Below the pieces are notes generated by a model that saw only the letters and a program-made list of their open reading frames with translations, had not been told where the DNA came from and made no database searches. Below are positions 22,108-34,258 of a stretch of 64,000 nt of DNA, in pieces. The number at the start of each line of letters is the position of its first letter. The first letter of the stretch is position 1. Source of the DNA: Entomortierella parvispora E1425 (lineage: Eukaryota; Fungi; Mortierellomycota); NCBI GenBank assembly GCA_020891255.1, contig BQFW01000004.1, positions 2,108,001 through 2,172,000 on the forward strand, read 5' to 3'. Both the position numbers and the translations under genes were made by a program.

Positions 22108-25100
22108 ATGGATCCCAACGTGAAGATGCGCGTCAAGGTCTACAAGCTCAGTGCCGGCAATCAATGGATCGATCAGGGCACAGGACATTGTTCCTGCGAG
22201 TTCAACGCGGTAAGCACCTTCTTACTGCCACTGAAATCAACATCAGTTACCATGGAACGAAACTGCACATGCATGGACCCCGACCCTTTTGGCGCAGCCC
22301 TTGGAGCCGACGGCACGCAACAAATAAACGACCCGAGTGGCCAATCGGGACCTGGTGGGGTGCACATTCCCATGTTGTTGCATCCAATATCCGTCGAGCT
22401 TGGCTTCTCGTCGACTTTTTTCAACTAGGAAACAGGATGAATGACACGCGCGTCCAGGATATGTAGGCGCACACACCGTCAAACTTTCGGGAGACACGCG
22501 ACAACTGCCCGCCGATACCGCATATTGACTGTGGAAGTGGGTTATCAACCCGTCAACTGACCGCGGTACCCTTTCTTGCCTTCTAACAGGATAAATCAGA
22601 GGGGACATTGATTGTACGTTCTGAAGATGACGAGGATGTAGTTCTTCTCAGCTCCCGGATAAGAGTCGGTGAAGACCTCTACCAGCGACAGCAAGGTGCG
22701 CAACTATCAAATGAATTCATGAATGCCACGGGGGTTTTCCCCTTTCCAGCCACCATTGACATGATGACCTTTCCTCTGTACTTTACCTTTAGAAACGTTG
22801 ATCGTTTGGTCAGAGAACGAGGGAGTCGATCTTGCGCTGAGCTTCCAGGAGGCTGAAGGCTGTGGAGAAATCTGGTAGGATACTGGAGAAGTGACAGTTT
22901 GGCTAAGGGGCTAAGGATGCGGCGCATGTATTGCCTTGGGACTGACTAGATGCAAACATATTACTTTCATTGACATAGGGATAATATCAACGAAGTTCAA
23001 CAGCACTATGGTATGTCCTACCAGCTCAGTGCAGTAGAGAGCATGGATGTGTATATTCTAACGTTTACATTCTCAAATAGCTGAAGATCTATTCTCTGAC
23101 CCCTCAGACGCAAATGGCGCCGGAGGCGCAGAATATCTTTCTCTGCCGGATCCCGATATCTCCAACTTAGATGAGATCGAGATTATGGTCAGGGGAGCAC
23201 TTATCGGGATGAACGAAAAAGAGAAACTGGCAGGCTTTATCATCATGGATGTACGTTATTATCACGGAGTGGCGCGTGTGCAGGTGTTGAAGAGTCCGAG
23301 ACTGAGGAGCTAACACGTGTCATACAATTTCTTTTAGAACTACATTGACAAATTGTTGCCAGTGTTGGACACCTGTGAAGATCTTGAAAGCATTGCAGAC
23401 CTGCACCACTTGCATGGGATAATTACCGGAATTAGTATGTATTCACAACACAAGGTTATCCGAGACAGCGTTGATTTGATCCAAAGTACTCATCGGTCTT
23501 TTTTTTTTTTTTTTTTTTGCATAGTCATGTTGAACGATATTGCAGTTATTCAGCATATTCTCAAAGACGAGATCATTATTGGCTGCCTTGGGATGCTGGA
23601 ATGTATGACATACCGCGATGAAAGTTCTAGTGTCAAGGTGCCGTATTAATGACAATACAATTCTCTTGTAGATGATCCTGAGCTCGGGAACGAAAAAGAA
23701 GACTACAGGGATTTTATCTCAAAACGGTCTAAATTCAAGCAGATTGTCCCTATTAATGACCCTGAAGTCGAGCAAAAGATTCATCAGGCTTACCGACTTC
23801 AGTACCTACGGGATACTGTTCTTGTTCGAATCATGGACGAGGGTCTGTCGTCCATCCTGAGCTCCCTTATTTTCTTCCACAACATCGATATTGTTAATTA
23901 TATTCACCAAGATCGGGGATTTTTGAAACAACTCTTTGGGATACTGGAGGACGAAGCCGAAAGTATGGAGAGGAAGCGAGACGTTATCCGGTTTGTGCAG
24001 CAGTTCTGTACCATCGCAAAGACAACTCAAATGCCGGCACGAGTGGGCCTCTACCGGTATGAAGCTCATCCTGCTTTTCTGGTGTTACCTTGAGTCTGTT
24101 TACCAAGACTCACCTTTCCTACCGCTCTTCATTTCTGTTGTAGGACTTTGAGCCAAACCGGGCTTTTCAACGTGTTTGAGCTTGCATTGTCGGATTCAGA
24201 GCCAAGCATTAGGATGGCCGGAACAGAGATTTTTCTCTCTGCCATGGAGCATGACCCGAACCTTGTGCGATCCTACATTGTAAAGCAGTCGGAGGAGCAA
24301 ACACCAAAGCAGCTTATGAACATTATTTTGTACCAGTTTTTGATCGAGCAGGATATGGGCATCAAACTGCAGTACTCAGAGGTCATTCGCATGTTGCTGG
24401 ATACAAACACGAGCCAATGTGAGAACGGGATGCCTGCCGCGCTAGACGCTATACCACATCTAGACCCCGACGCGGACAAGTTCTTGGATTTGTTTTACGC
24501 CTCCCATATCAGCAAATTCGTCTCCCCGCTCTTGGAGCTCTCCAATGGTATATGACAGAACACTTGCATGACCGATGCCTTGAAATGTAGTCTGATGACT
24601 CACATCCCGCTTTTTCTATAATAGATATGACAACTCTTGAGCGGTCGCTGGCTTCAGTTTGTGAAAATGCTTGCCAGATTTTGTCTTTCATGGTCAGAAA
24701 CCACTCATTTCGGAGCAAATACTACGTGCTCTCCAGTGGTATTGTCGACAAGATCTCACTGTTGCTGAGGAACCGCGACCAGCATCTCCGACTATGTAAG
24801 CGCTTTCGACTGATTTGTGCCTTGAGAAAAAAAGAAGAGCCGACAGTAAAACCCATAGGCATCTATCCCACATCGAACCTATTTTGACTCTTTTTTTTTG
24901 ATGATAGCCGCCCTTCGCTTTTTCCGTACCTGTATTGGACTCAATGATGAGTTTTACCACCGATACCTGATAAAACATAATGTGGTGCAGCACATCGTTG
25001 ACGCATTGCTCTCTACTGGCAACAAGAACAATCTGCTGAACTCGGCCTGTATCGAATTCTTCGATTTCATCCGGAGTGTAAGTGACAAATAAGTGAGGAG

Positions 25101-26277
25101 TGATCTTCAGTTTTAAAGAATATTGGTCTGACTCTCTCTTCCTACATAGGAGAATATCAAATCACTTCTTACACACACGGTATCGCTTCATGGAGAGAAA
25201 CTAAAGCATATCGAATATGTTCAGACCTTCAAGGCGTTGATTCGGAAATATGAGCAGCAGCAGGACACCTCGATTGCTGATGCGGAGGCAGCTGAGGCGG
25301 CGGCTAGTGAATCTGGCTCTACTAAAAGAGGAGGTCCTGGAAAGGGCGCTGACGCTTGGGCATCTTCCACTGTGGACGACGACGAAGAGGCTTACTTTAA
25401 TAATTCGGACGAGGAAGATGCGGTTCCAGATGAAGGCAAGCGGGAGGACGATCCACCTACATCGGACCTCAGGAGAAGAGTCAAAGAGGATGATGAAAGT
25501 AACAGAGGCGAAGCTAGCTCGCAGGGTTTCATGGATACAGAGCCGGGACCAATTCTCGCCTCTCAAGCATCCCTAGCACCCCCGACTCTTTTACGCCGCA
25601 AGCTGGTGGATTATGGCGAGGATGACGACGGAGATGATGAAGATGGCGATGCCTTTGGCCGCCTTGCAAACACAAAGCCAAAAACCGGACCATCCTCGGA
25701 ACCTTCGCCACCCCCGGAAAAGAAGATCAGGTTAGAATCAGGGGAGGACTCCTCAGACGATGGGGGCACCATGTCTGACTCATCAGACAGGCAAAGATCA
25801 CCTGGGTCCAAATCTCCTCAAAAGGCATCTTCACCCTCAAACGATGGGGCTGGACAACCCATCAAGTTCAAGCTCAACAGTCTTCGAAACGGACGCGCAT
25901 CTTCACCATTATCAACCTCCAATGTGAAATCCAGGTCGGTATCATCTCTCCCCCCGGTTGCAACTCGGACAGGGATTGCGTTTGTGAAAGCCTCCACGGT
26001 AGATGGCGAAAACCAAACTCAAACGAGGACCAGCGAAGATTCATCTATGACAGAGGCCGCCATTCAACTGAAAAGCGAAATGGCGAGGGATTACAAGCGT
26101 CTCGATCCAGACATGGAGAACACCTCTAAGAGGGCTGGTGATGCGGCCTCGTCTCACGATTCAGTCATTTCCATGCAAGGAGCCATTGTGATCCCTGTAT
26201 CTCCACCGGAAGAAGAATCGCAGGTGCGGTCGACTTCTGAGGATCCTCCAACCCCGTCTGCTGTCCTGTCTGAATAA
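22108..26277 (+). CDS. PSY2: PP4 regulatory subunit 3 (Psy2/SMEK/PP4R3), multi-exon
   Basis: N-terminal EVH1-like RVKVYKL...WIDQGTGHC; [15 protein letters not shown]; TCEDLE; DDPE...FKQIVPI; [20 protein letters not shown]; low-complexity tail. Confidence 0.95.
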
Positions 26278-26989
26278 CTTGTCGCAGTCTTGCCTATCCG
26301 CCTTGCACCAGTCTTCACCGTCCACCACTACCACCACTACCGCTGCACGCCCACCCCTACCTTTGAATGATTTATTTTATTCACCCCGTCATCTCTTTTC
26401 TACAATTCCTCTCTTCTTGGCCTGTTCCATCTTCAGAGAAGCTCTGCTCTTGGCAATCGCTCGACGATGCGAAGAGGTTTAGAAAGCGGAGAGAAGAAAA
26501 GAGAGCGAAGGCATAGCCGCCATTGTATAATATGATCACAATTCATCCTTCATTATTTATCGCTGTGTTTTCTCTCATGTTCTCCATGAATGCAATGTCC
26601 AACCATCCACATAAAACTTGTAAAAATAGCGGCAAAGAAGACAAGAAAGAAAACAAGAAAAAAATGAAAAAAAAAGTCTGCAATTCTCCAGTTTAACGTC
26701 CATACAACACTGTCATTTGTGCAACACAAAAAGTTGAAGATACCCGGGAAACAACAGTGCGGCAGTGTTGACAGAGCAATCGATGTGGCAGCTGTTTTTT
26801 TATCTCCTTCCCCTGGATGGTCCTGCGGTCGTGGCCTAAAAGAAACCTAAGAACTGGGAACAAATCCATCAAGAAACAGGAAGGACAGGGCAACAAAAAA
26901 AACAAAAAAAAAAAAAAAAAAAAGTTGGCTCTCTGACAGTGCCACACCATGTAACTATTTGATACTCGAGGATTTTTTGAAGCTTTCTT

Positions 26990-28989
26990 ATGCAGGAGCT
27001 GCTCAGGTTCTGCATTCATATTGACCAGAGCGACCCTAAGACTTGGGAAGATCTGGACAAGAAGATCTTCATAGCCGATAGCCTCATCATAGGCAAGATT
27101 CCGAGACCCAACCCTGGCAAGCAAGAACTTGACGCCGACCTGTCCGTACAGCAATGGGAAAAACTGATGAAGCGCCTTGATCGAGTCACCGAAGCAATAG
27201 CTGCTGGCAGTAATTGCCGAGTCAAAGCATTGACCCTGTACACCGGCTCTATGTCGATAGATCATGCATGGCATTGGGCGTCATTCATTGCCACGCAAAT
27301 GACACGCCTGACCCTTACCATGCCATCTTTTCAGGAAGACAGGGGCTATATCGAGAAGCTACTGGATCAATGTCCGAGTTTGCTCTCTCTGTTTTTGCAA
27401 GGTTGCAGCCTCAAGTCGTTCTTCACTTTCACGGAAGAACCAAAGACCAAGGACTATGTAGGGATAAAACATAGAAACTACAGGCTCTCTTTCCAAGATT
27501 GAAGCAGTTGACAGTCATCACCTTGACAAGCTGTCGGCGCGATACAGCCGAGGACTCGTTCCAAAACCCGGGGGCAACCCAAACGTTTTGGCAAACGCTG
27601 GCCCAAAGCTGTTCACGGTTAAGAGCCATATCGTTTGGGACTCAAGATCAAACTATCGACAATGGAACCATGGGGCGCCACTTCCCAGTAGTAGTACTAT
27701 TTCCCCTCGTCGAGAGCTTTGGAATCGAAAATAGGTGCGTGATAGAGTACGACTCGACGTGGAGACAGCTATACAAAGTTCACCGAGTCGAGAATCGACT
27801 CACCACCTTGGAGATCGTTGGATTTGGCTCTTCACGGAGAGGCCAATATAGGCAGCGCGACACCGTCCTACGCCAATTCCTCTGTTCTTCGCCACTTCTT
27901 TTACATTTCAGGACCGCAGATGCAGAGTTCTCTCTCAATGTCTGGGTGGATGACGCGAACAGGAATGCAGTGAGACCCAGGAACGCGCCAAAAGTTTGCC
28001 TCGTCGAAACTTTGGGCTTGCCGTGGATTGCAGACTCTGTCCATCAATTTTCTTGGAGGGGAAGCGCAGACCGACTGGTCCCAAACATGACACTCTTTGG
28101 GTACCTCTGTCGAGTATGCCCTCAACTGCGCAAGTTGTCGTTGATGGTGCGCGATAGGACACGGGATTGGGGCATGGAACTCGTCCTTTTGACCCGGCTA
28201 CATGGTTTACAACGACTTGAATTTCGCATGCATGGCGGCCTCACCCAGATCGCAGACCTGGCACTCGAACGAGCCGAGCTTGCTTGGATTCAACAGTTTA
28301 ATCTGAAGATGACATCCTCTGCTTCGGCCTACAAGAACATCAAATTGCCCGAAAGGAGGAGCACATGTACTTTTTTTGGTCAGATCCGAGAAAAAGTCTC
28401 TGAGTGGTCCGAGTCTGTCCGCACAGCAGATCCTGACGCCGACTTTAGAAATTGCTCTTTGTTGGAGTACCGGCATGATAATTGTGACACGCAAAGAATA
28501 GAGGAATTGGTTGATGAGAAGAAGTACCGCAACAAGGAGGGGGCTTGGAGGAGCGAGCTTTCGAATGCTCGGCGCTGCCGCCGTTTGAAAATGTTGCAAC
28601 AACAAAAGGAGGCTGGCTATCGAACTGATTACGACCGGGACAACCCAATGGTGGATGGTCTCGAGGATTTTGAGTTTTGTGGATCCTTCTTGGATGTTGA
28701 GGCTTGCCTCCAGGCACGCGTCTGGCGACTTCAACAACAGCAATTCAAAGCAAGAGAGGGTGACATGGTGGCAGCCAAGTTTATGAGCCTTGGTGTGGAC
28801 GCAAGGGTATGGCCAAATATGGAGCAATTCATCTTTACCATTTCGCTCTCCTCATTCTCCAGCCTGCACAAGAATCAAGCCATGATCCCGGAGCGTCGTT
28901 GCAGACGAATGATAGAGGTCCTGAAACCAATGCGACAAGATATCGAGTTCCTGTTGCGCTTCAAGGAAGAAAAGTCTCCATACCAATAA
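26990..28989 (+). pseudogene. F-box/LRR-like family copy A1; F-box degenerate, internal deletion and frameshift at about 27493
   Basis: Two overlapping ORFs (26990-27502, 27499-28989) homologous to 29331-31493; about 17 codons missing at the junction; shared C-terminal motifs YRTDY, PMVDGL, DVEACLQAR, NMEQF, RQDIEF. Confidence 0.75.
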
Positions 28990-29330
28990 ACAGACATGTC
29001 CAAGCATTTTTTTTTTTTTTTGGTTTTTTTTGTTGTTTGTGTTTGTTTTTTTGGATGTTGGGCCTCAACACGAACGTTAGGAAATGATCTCGCCCTTTTG
29101 TCGAAGGCGGCGTCGTACAATCAGCCAACCTCCCCGAGAGAGTCGACTGGGGTGACACAGGTACTTGATGCAATTGGTCACGGGTGAACGTTCCTTCCTT
29201 TTCTTTTGCCTCCATCCATTCATCCCACGGTCTTTCCGTCTTCTCCATTTTCATGCACCCTCAGTTCTCTGCTTCCCTCCTGCCCTGTTCTCGCACTCGT
29301 TCCTTCCTCACACCATCCCTCCTCCTCGGC

Positions 29331-31493
29331 ATGCCGCTTGGGTTTCAAACTTTCAGAACAACGAAGAAGGGATCTATTGTACCCGTTCGTCCGTCGCCCA
29401 TCGAGATCAATGAAATCCTGCTTCGTATCCTTTCCTATCTTTCTCAGCCTAAACTCAGAACTGTCGCCTCCAGGGTATCACGTCGGTGGAATCTCGCTGC
29501 CAGAGAGCTGATCCAACGTAGAGTTCAATTTGATGTTGGTGACCCCGGTTCCTGGAGTCGTTTGATCAAAAGAGTGACCATGGCCACCAATCTCTCCGTT
29601 GGCAGGATCCTGGCACCCGAGCTGCGGACGCAAGATTATGATGTGGTTCGGTCTAAAGAGCAATGGGTCAAACTGATGGCTCTCTTGGATCAAGTAGATC
29701 CAGCAACAACAACTGTGGGAAGACCAGGAGTGCGCCAACAACTTCGTATCACAGAATTGATCATGTACGTCGAAAGCTGGTGGCTTGATGGCATCGCATC
29801 CCAGACCCTTTTCAACGCCGCACACTTGACATGTCTGACCATATACATGTCATGGTTCGAAATAGGCCAGGATTACATCGAGTGGATACTGGATCAGTGC
29901 CCAAATCTGTCTTCTCTTTCTTTGATCGGATGCAATCTTGGTCTCCCCGACTCTCATAATGGAAGGAAAAGAGTCAAGTTACCTGGATCGCGCAACAAGG
30001 ACCGCACAGAAGCCTGGCCCCTTCAGTCTCTCAGCATCAAGGACCTACATGTATCACTGAAGAAACTGCAGGATCTTGTTCCTAGACTCACAGAGTTGAC
30101 GAGCTTCTCCCTGGTCCAGGCTTTACACAAGTTCTGGTACCTTAGTGAGCTTGAGGATCCGATCACCAGTTTGCAATTTTGGACAACCCTAGCTCAACAT
30201 TGTGTGTATCTAAAAGCGATATCATGTACGGCCAGTCATTACCGGGTATGCTGCTTTCCAATGCAACTCTTTCCTTTGGCCGTCAGATTTGGGATCAATG
30301 GGAGATGTGTCTCGGACAGTAATCCGACCTGGACAGCTTTATTGAGTATCCACCGCATCGAGAATCGTATCACGGCGTTGGAAATCATCTATGGCAATGG
30401 AGAGCCAAGCTCCAACGGTAAAGTCCTACGCCGGTTTCTCTGTACCGCAATTCATCTTTTACACTTCAAGTTTGGAAAGATGCTCCCGGCCAACATTATA
30501 TTCAATCAATCAGGCGGAGACCACCTGCCTTGTCGCTGGGCTTGTCGAGGTTTAAAGTCACTGTCCATCAGTCATCTTGGACATTTGAGGATGAACGTAT
30601 GGTCATCGACCAGGGTTCTCTTTGGGTACCTTGGTCGAGTCTGTCCAGAGTTACAAGAGCTGTCGGTCGATGTCAACTATAACAACCGCTGCCTGCCCCT
30701 GTACCTCTCCTTGTTGACCCGTCTAGGCAATTTACGGCTGTTACAACTTCGCTCGGGGGTGTCCAGTTACCATCACCTTCGCGAGAATGAAATACTCCTC
30801 AGATCCGATTTTGCTTGGCTGCAGCTGAACAATCCAGAGACTAAGACTTGGCGAGCATTGAAAGGAGTGCCCCATAATCCTCTATTTTCCCTCTTCAATT
30901 CTCTCGCTCTGGTTGGGAATGAGAGGCCAGAGAAGAGTCTCATTGATTGCATTGATACCGCACAGGCAGCAACTGAAGCCCAGGACAAGATCAGAGTCTG
31001 TAGCTTGAAAAAGATGCCGCCATTACGGCCCTACGCCACCGACTGTGAACGACAAGTGTGGGAAAATTTGCGCAAAGAGCCAGAAAAACGTTCGAGAATG
31101 TTGCAGCAACAGAAGGAAAACAACTATCGGACGGACTACGGTCAAGACACCCCAATGGTGGATGGCCTAGTTGGATTTGACTTTTTGGGATCCAACTTGG
31201 ATGTGGAAGCCTGTCTTCAGGCGCGGCTTTGGCGACTCCAGCAGATGTACGAGAGGGAGAATAGAGCTGGACCCGAATTGATCCAATGTGCAGCGACAGA
31301 GACAAATAATATGGTAGAGTACACGCGAGCATGGCAAAATATGGAGCAACTCCTTTTTATCATTTCTGTCCACGGCGATTGCCCGAAAAAGTTGAAGTTG
31401 TTGGAGAATCGCATTAGAAGAACGTGCAGCAACCTTGGTCGAATGCGGCCTGATATCGAGTTTTTGTGCCAAGTCAGAAAAAACATAGAATAA
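29331..31493 (+). CDS. Intact intronless F-box + LRR/RNI-like protein (copy A2), 720 aa
   Basis: F-box-like EINEILLRILSYLSQPKLRTVASRVSRRWNLAARELI; LRR-like CPNLSSLSL, WACRGLKSLSI, CPELQELSV; uninterrupted ORF from ATG 29331. Confidence 0.85.
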   Translation: MPLGFQTFRTTKKGSIVPVRPSPIEINEILLRILSYLSQPKLRTVASRVSRRWNLAARELIQRRVQFDVGDPGSWSRLIKRVTMATNLSVGRILAPELRTQDYDVVRSKEQWVKLMALLDQVDPATTTVGRPGVRQQLRITELIMYVESWWLDGIASQTLFNAAHLTCLTIYMSWFEIGQDYIEWILDQCPNLSSLSLIGCNLGLPDSHNGRKRVKLPGSRNKDRTEAWPLQSLSIKDLHVSLKKLQDLVPRLTELTSFSLVQALHKFWYLSELEDPITSLQFWTTLAQHCVYLKAISCTASHYRVCCFPMQLFPLAVRFGINGRCVSDSNPTWTALLSIHRIENRITALEIIYGNGEPSSNGKVLRRFLCTAIHLLHFKFGKMLPANIIFNQSGGDHLPCRWACRGLKSLSISHLGHLRMNVWSSTRVLFGYLGRVCPELQELSVDVNYNNRCLPLYLSLLTRLGNLRLLQLRSGVSSYHHLRENEILLRSDFAWLQLNNPETKTWRALKGVPHNPLFSLFNSLALVGNERPEKSLIDCIDTAQAATEAQDKIRVCSLKKMPPLRPYATDCERQVWENLRKEPEKRSRMLQQQKENNYRTDYGQDTPMVDGLVGFDFLGSNLDVEACLQARLWRLQQMYERENRAGPELIQCAATETNNMVEYTRAWQNMEQLLFIISVHGDCPKKLKLLENRIRRTCSNLGRMRPDIEFLCQVRKNIE

Positions 31494-31779
31494 AGGATAC
31501 TGGTATCAAACCAATTCTCTGAGCCCAGGCAACGTCTTCATCTCAAAAAAAAAAAAAAAAAAAAGCTGAACTGATTGACATTGCTTCCCTCTATCTCTCT
31601 TCGAGAAGACGCCAAGCAATCTACCCACGCCAAAAAATCGAATCGGTTGGTCACAAGGATGCCACGAGTGTTGGGCCACAAATAAGAGCCCTCGATCCCA
31701 CCCATCCTCCACTCTTTGCTTCTCTTCGACCTTGCCACCCACCTTTTCCCTCTCTAATACCGCATTTTTTTTTGCCTCC

Positions 31780-33795
31780 ATGCCAACTGGGTTTTCATCT
31801 GCCAAAGCGATGAAGACGAGTCCTTCGCCATCGAGATCAACGAAATCCTGCTTCTATCCTATCCTACCTCTCTCAACCTAAACCCAGGGTCGTCGCTTTT
31901 AGGGTATCACGGCAGTGGAATGCTGTTACCCGGGAGTTGATGCAACATGATATCTGTTTCGATGTGGGAGGTCCTGGTAAATGGAGAAAAGTTGCCATGG
32001 CCATGGCCACCAGCCTCACCTTGGGCAAAATCCCTGCACACAAGCAGCGCTCCAAAAGCCCTGATCCAAAGAACAATGGCAACAACTGATGGCTCTCCTA
32101 GATCAAATAAGCCCAGCAACAGCGGTGGGCGAGCGCAATGCACGCCGTCCGATTCGGGTTATAGAGTTGACCATGTATGGTAAGGGCTGGTGGATCGATG
32201 CTATTGCTTCCCGAAGTTTTTTCAACGCCCCACTCTTGACACGTCTGACCATCTACATACCCAAACGAGCTCGGACTATATCGAATGGATATTGGATCAG
32301 TCCTCAAGCATGTCCTCTCTTTCCATTGGGTGTGAACTTGGCCCGATCAGCTATTGCAAGCCAGAGTCAGGCAACAACAAAACAACAATCAAACAAATTC
32401 TTGGCCCCTTCAGTCTCTATATCTGCATGTGTCACTGGGAAAGTTGACGACTCTTGTGCCAAGATTGGAGGAATTGACAAGCACCTCTTAATTGGCTTCC
32501 GACGACAGACCGCATTGAACTCGCCTCGGGATCTCACGACGCGTCGAGAATTTTGGACCCTCCGTCTCGACATTGTTTATACCTGAAAGCAATTTCATTC
32601 TCGACCGAGGAGGCCATAGATTCTTATTTTCCAGTGGAGCTCTTTCCTCATGTCGATAGCCTCGGGATCAATGCTTACTGTGGCTTTACGGCCATTACTG
32701 TCCAGGCTCCTGCGAATCGAGAATCGTCTGACGACATTGAAAATCATAGGATCGGGATCTTGTAACATCGATTACTGATATACCGATGGCACCGTTATAA
32801 GTCTGTTTCTACGCTCTTCGCCTCATCTTTTGCATTTAAAGCTCATGAGCGCGCGTGTTGATCTCGGGCTCCAGTTTGACGAATTAACGGACTGCAGGCC
32901 TCCTTGTCATTGGGCATGCCGAGGATTAAACACTCTTTCGATCGATTGTCGCGGACAGCAACTGCCCGGCAAATGGCCTTCCAGCAAGGCTCTCTTTGGC
33001 TATCTTGGTCGCGCCTGTCCTGAATTGCAGGAATTGTCGGTCGTGGTCCCCTACATGAAGCCTTACTTGCCCATGGATCTCTCTGCGTTGACTCGTCTGA
33101 AGGATTTAAGTCGACTAGAACTTCGTTTTCACGTAAACTGGGACGGTTACAATCGCAGTCGTGATACATTCCGAAGATCTGGCTTTGCGTGAATTCGAGC
33201 AAACAATCCGGTCGTTGAAACTAGACGCGCGCAAGGAATGAGGGGAACCCCCCCTATCATCCTTTCTCCATTTTCTCTCTACAATCCTAGACGAGAAACT
33301 AGACGAGGACCTCGGCGATTGCCTTTGGAGCCGCGCAGTCAAACTCTCTGGCACAAGATCAGGGATACCCTATTGGAAAAAAGATGCGCGATTCCATCAG
33401 GTGCCTTGCATGTCGAGTGGAAGGAGCAAAAGTCATTTCGCGACGTATGAAAGCCAACGTGGCGACTCTGGTCACACGAAAAGGAGCATGACGCAGGGTC
33501 TGAAGAGATCCAGACTGCAACAGCGACAGAGTCTGCTCTAGAAGATTGTTCGTGACCATGGAGACACTTGGAGCAATTCGTCTTTTCTATTCATATCCTC
33601 GGACCATACCCAGGGGAGGTAAAGATATTAGAGCGTCGTTTTAGAGAAGCATGCCACAGTCGAAGTCAAATGAGACCTGATATCGAGTTCCAATGTCCAG
33701 GTGAAAGACGCAGCTTTGGCCATGTTTTCATCGCGAACTTCGAAGAGAAAAAAAAATCACGTGCCTACTGGTCGCCGGTCACGTGCATATGTTAA
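31780..33795 (+). pseudogene. F-box/LRR-like family copy A3, heavily degraded
   Basis: Nucleotide similarity to A2 (ATCGAGATCAACGAAATCCTGCTT...); homologous fragments lie in several frames (32089, 32190, 32553, 32830, 33568) with stops and deletions. Confidence 0.85.
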
Positions 33796-34258
33796 AGAGG
33801 TTTATCTCATTTCTCAAATCTTCCATCAACGCGTTCCAGTCCTCTCCTCCCTTCACATCCCTCAACGACATTAGGACTTACTGGTAAATGGTTCTCCCCT
33901 GGTGCTCATTTGGGGTCTTTATACTGGCCGAGGGATCATTCTGGAATTCAAGGCGAGGCGAGCAATTGGCTATGGGCATCAGGATCATGCTCTCTAAACC
34001 TCCTTTCCTTGTCCTCTTTTTTGCAGTTCTTCTTTATACCCCTTTCCCCTGTCAACATTCCGCCTCACTTCGTCCTGCATTAAAGTATGGCCATCGTTGC
34101 TGTTGAGTTTCCTGAGCTTTTCAATTCCATTATCATTACTACTGCCGTCATCACCATCACCGCCACTTGTAACAGAAATGAGGAGAGTGCAAGGTTTTTA
34201 ATCGCTTCAGAGTTTGTCTTTTTTATTTAGAATTCCATTTCAGCAACAAACAGTCAAC

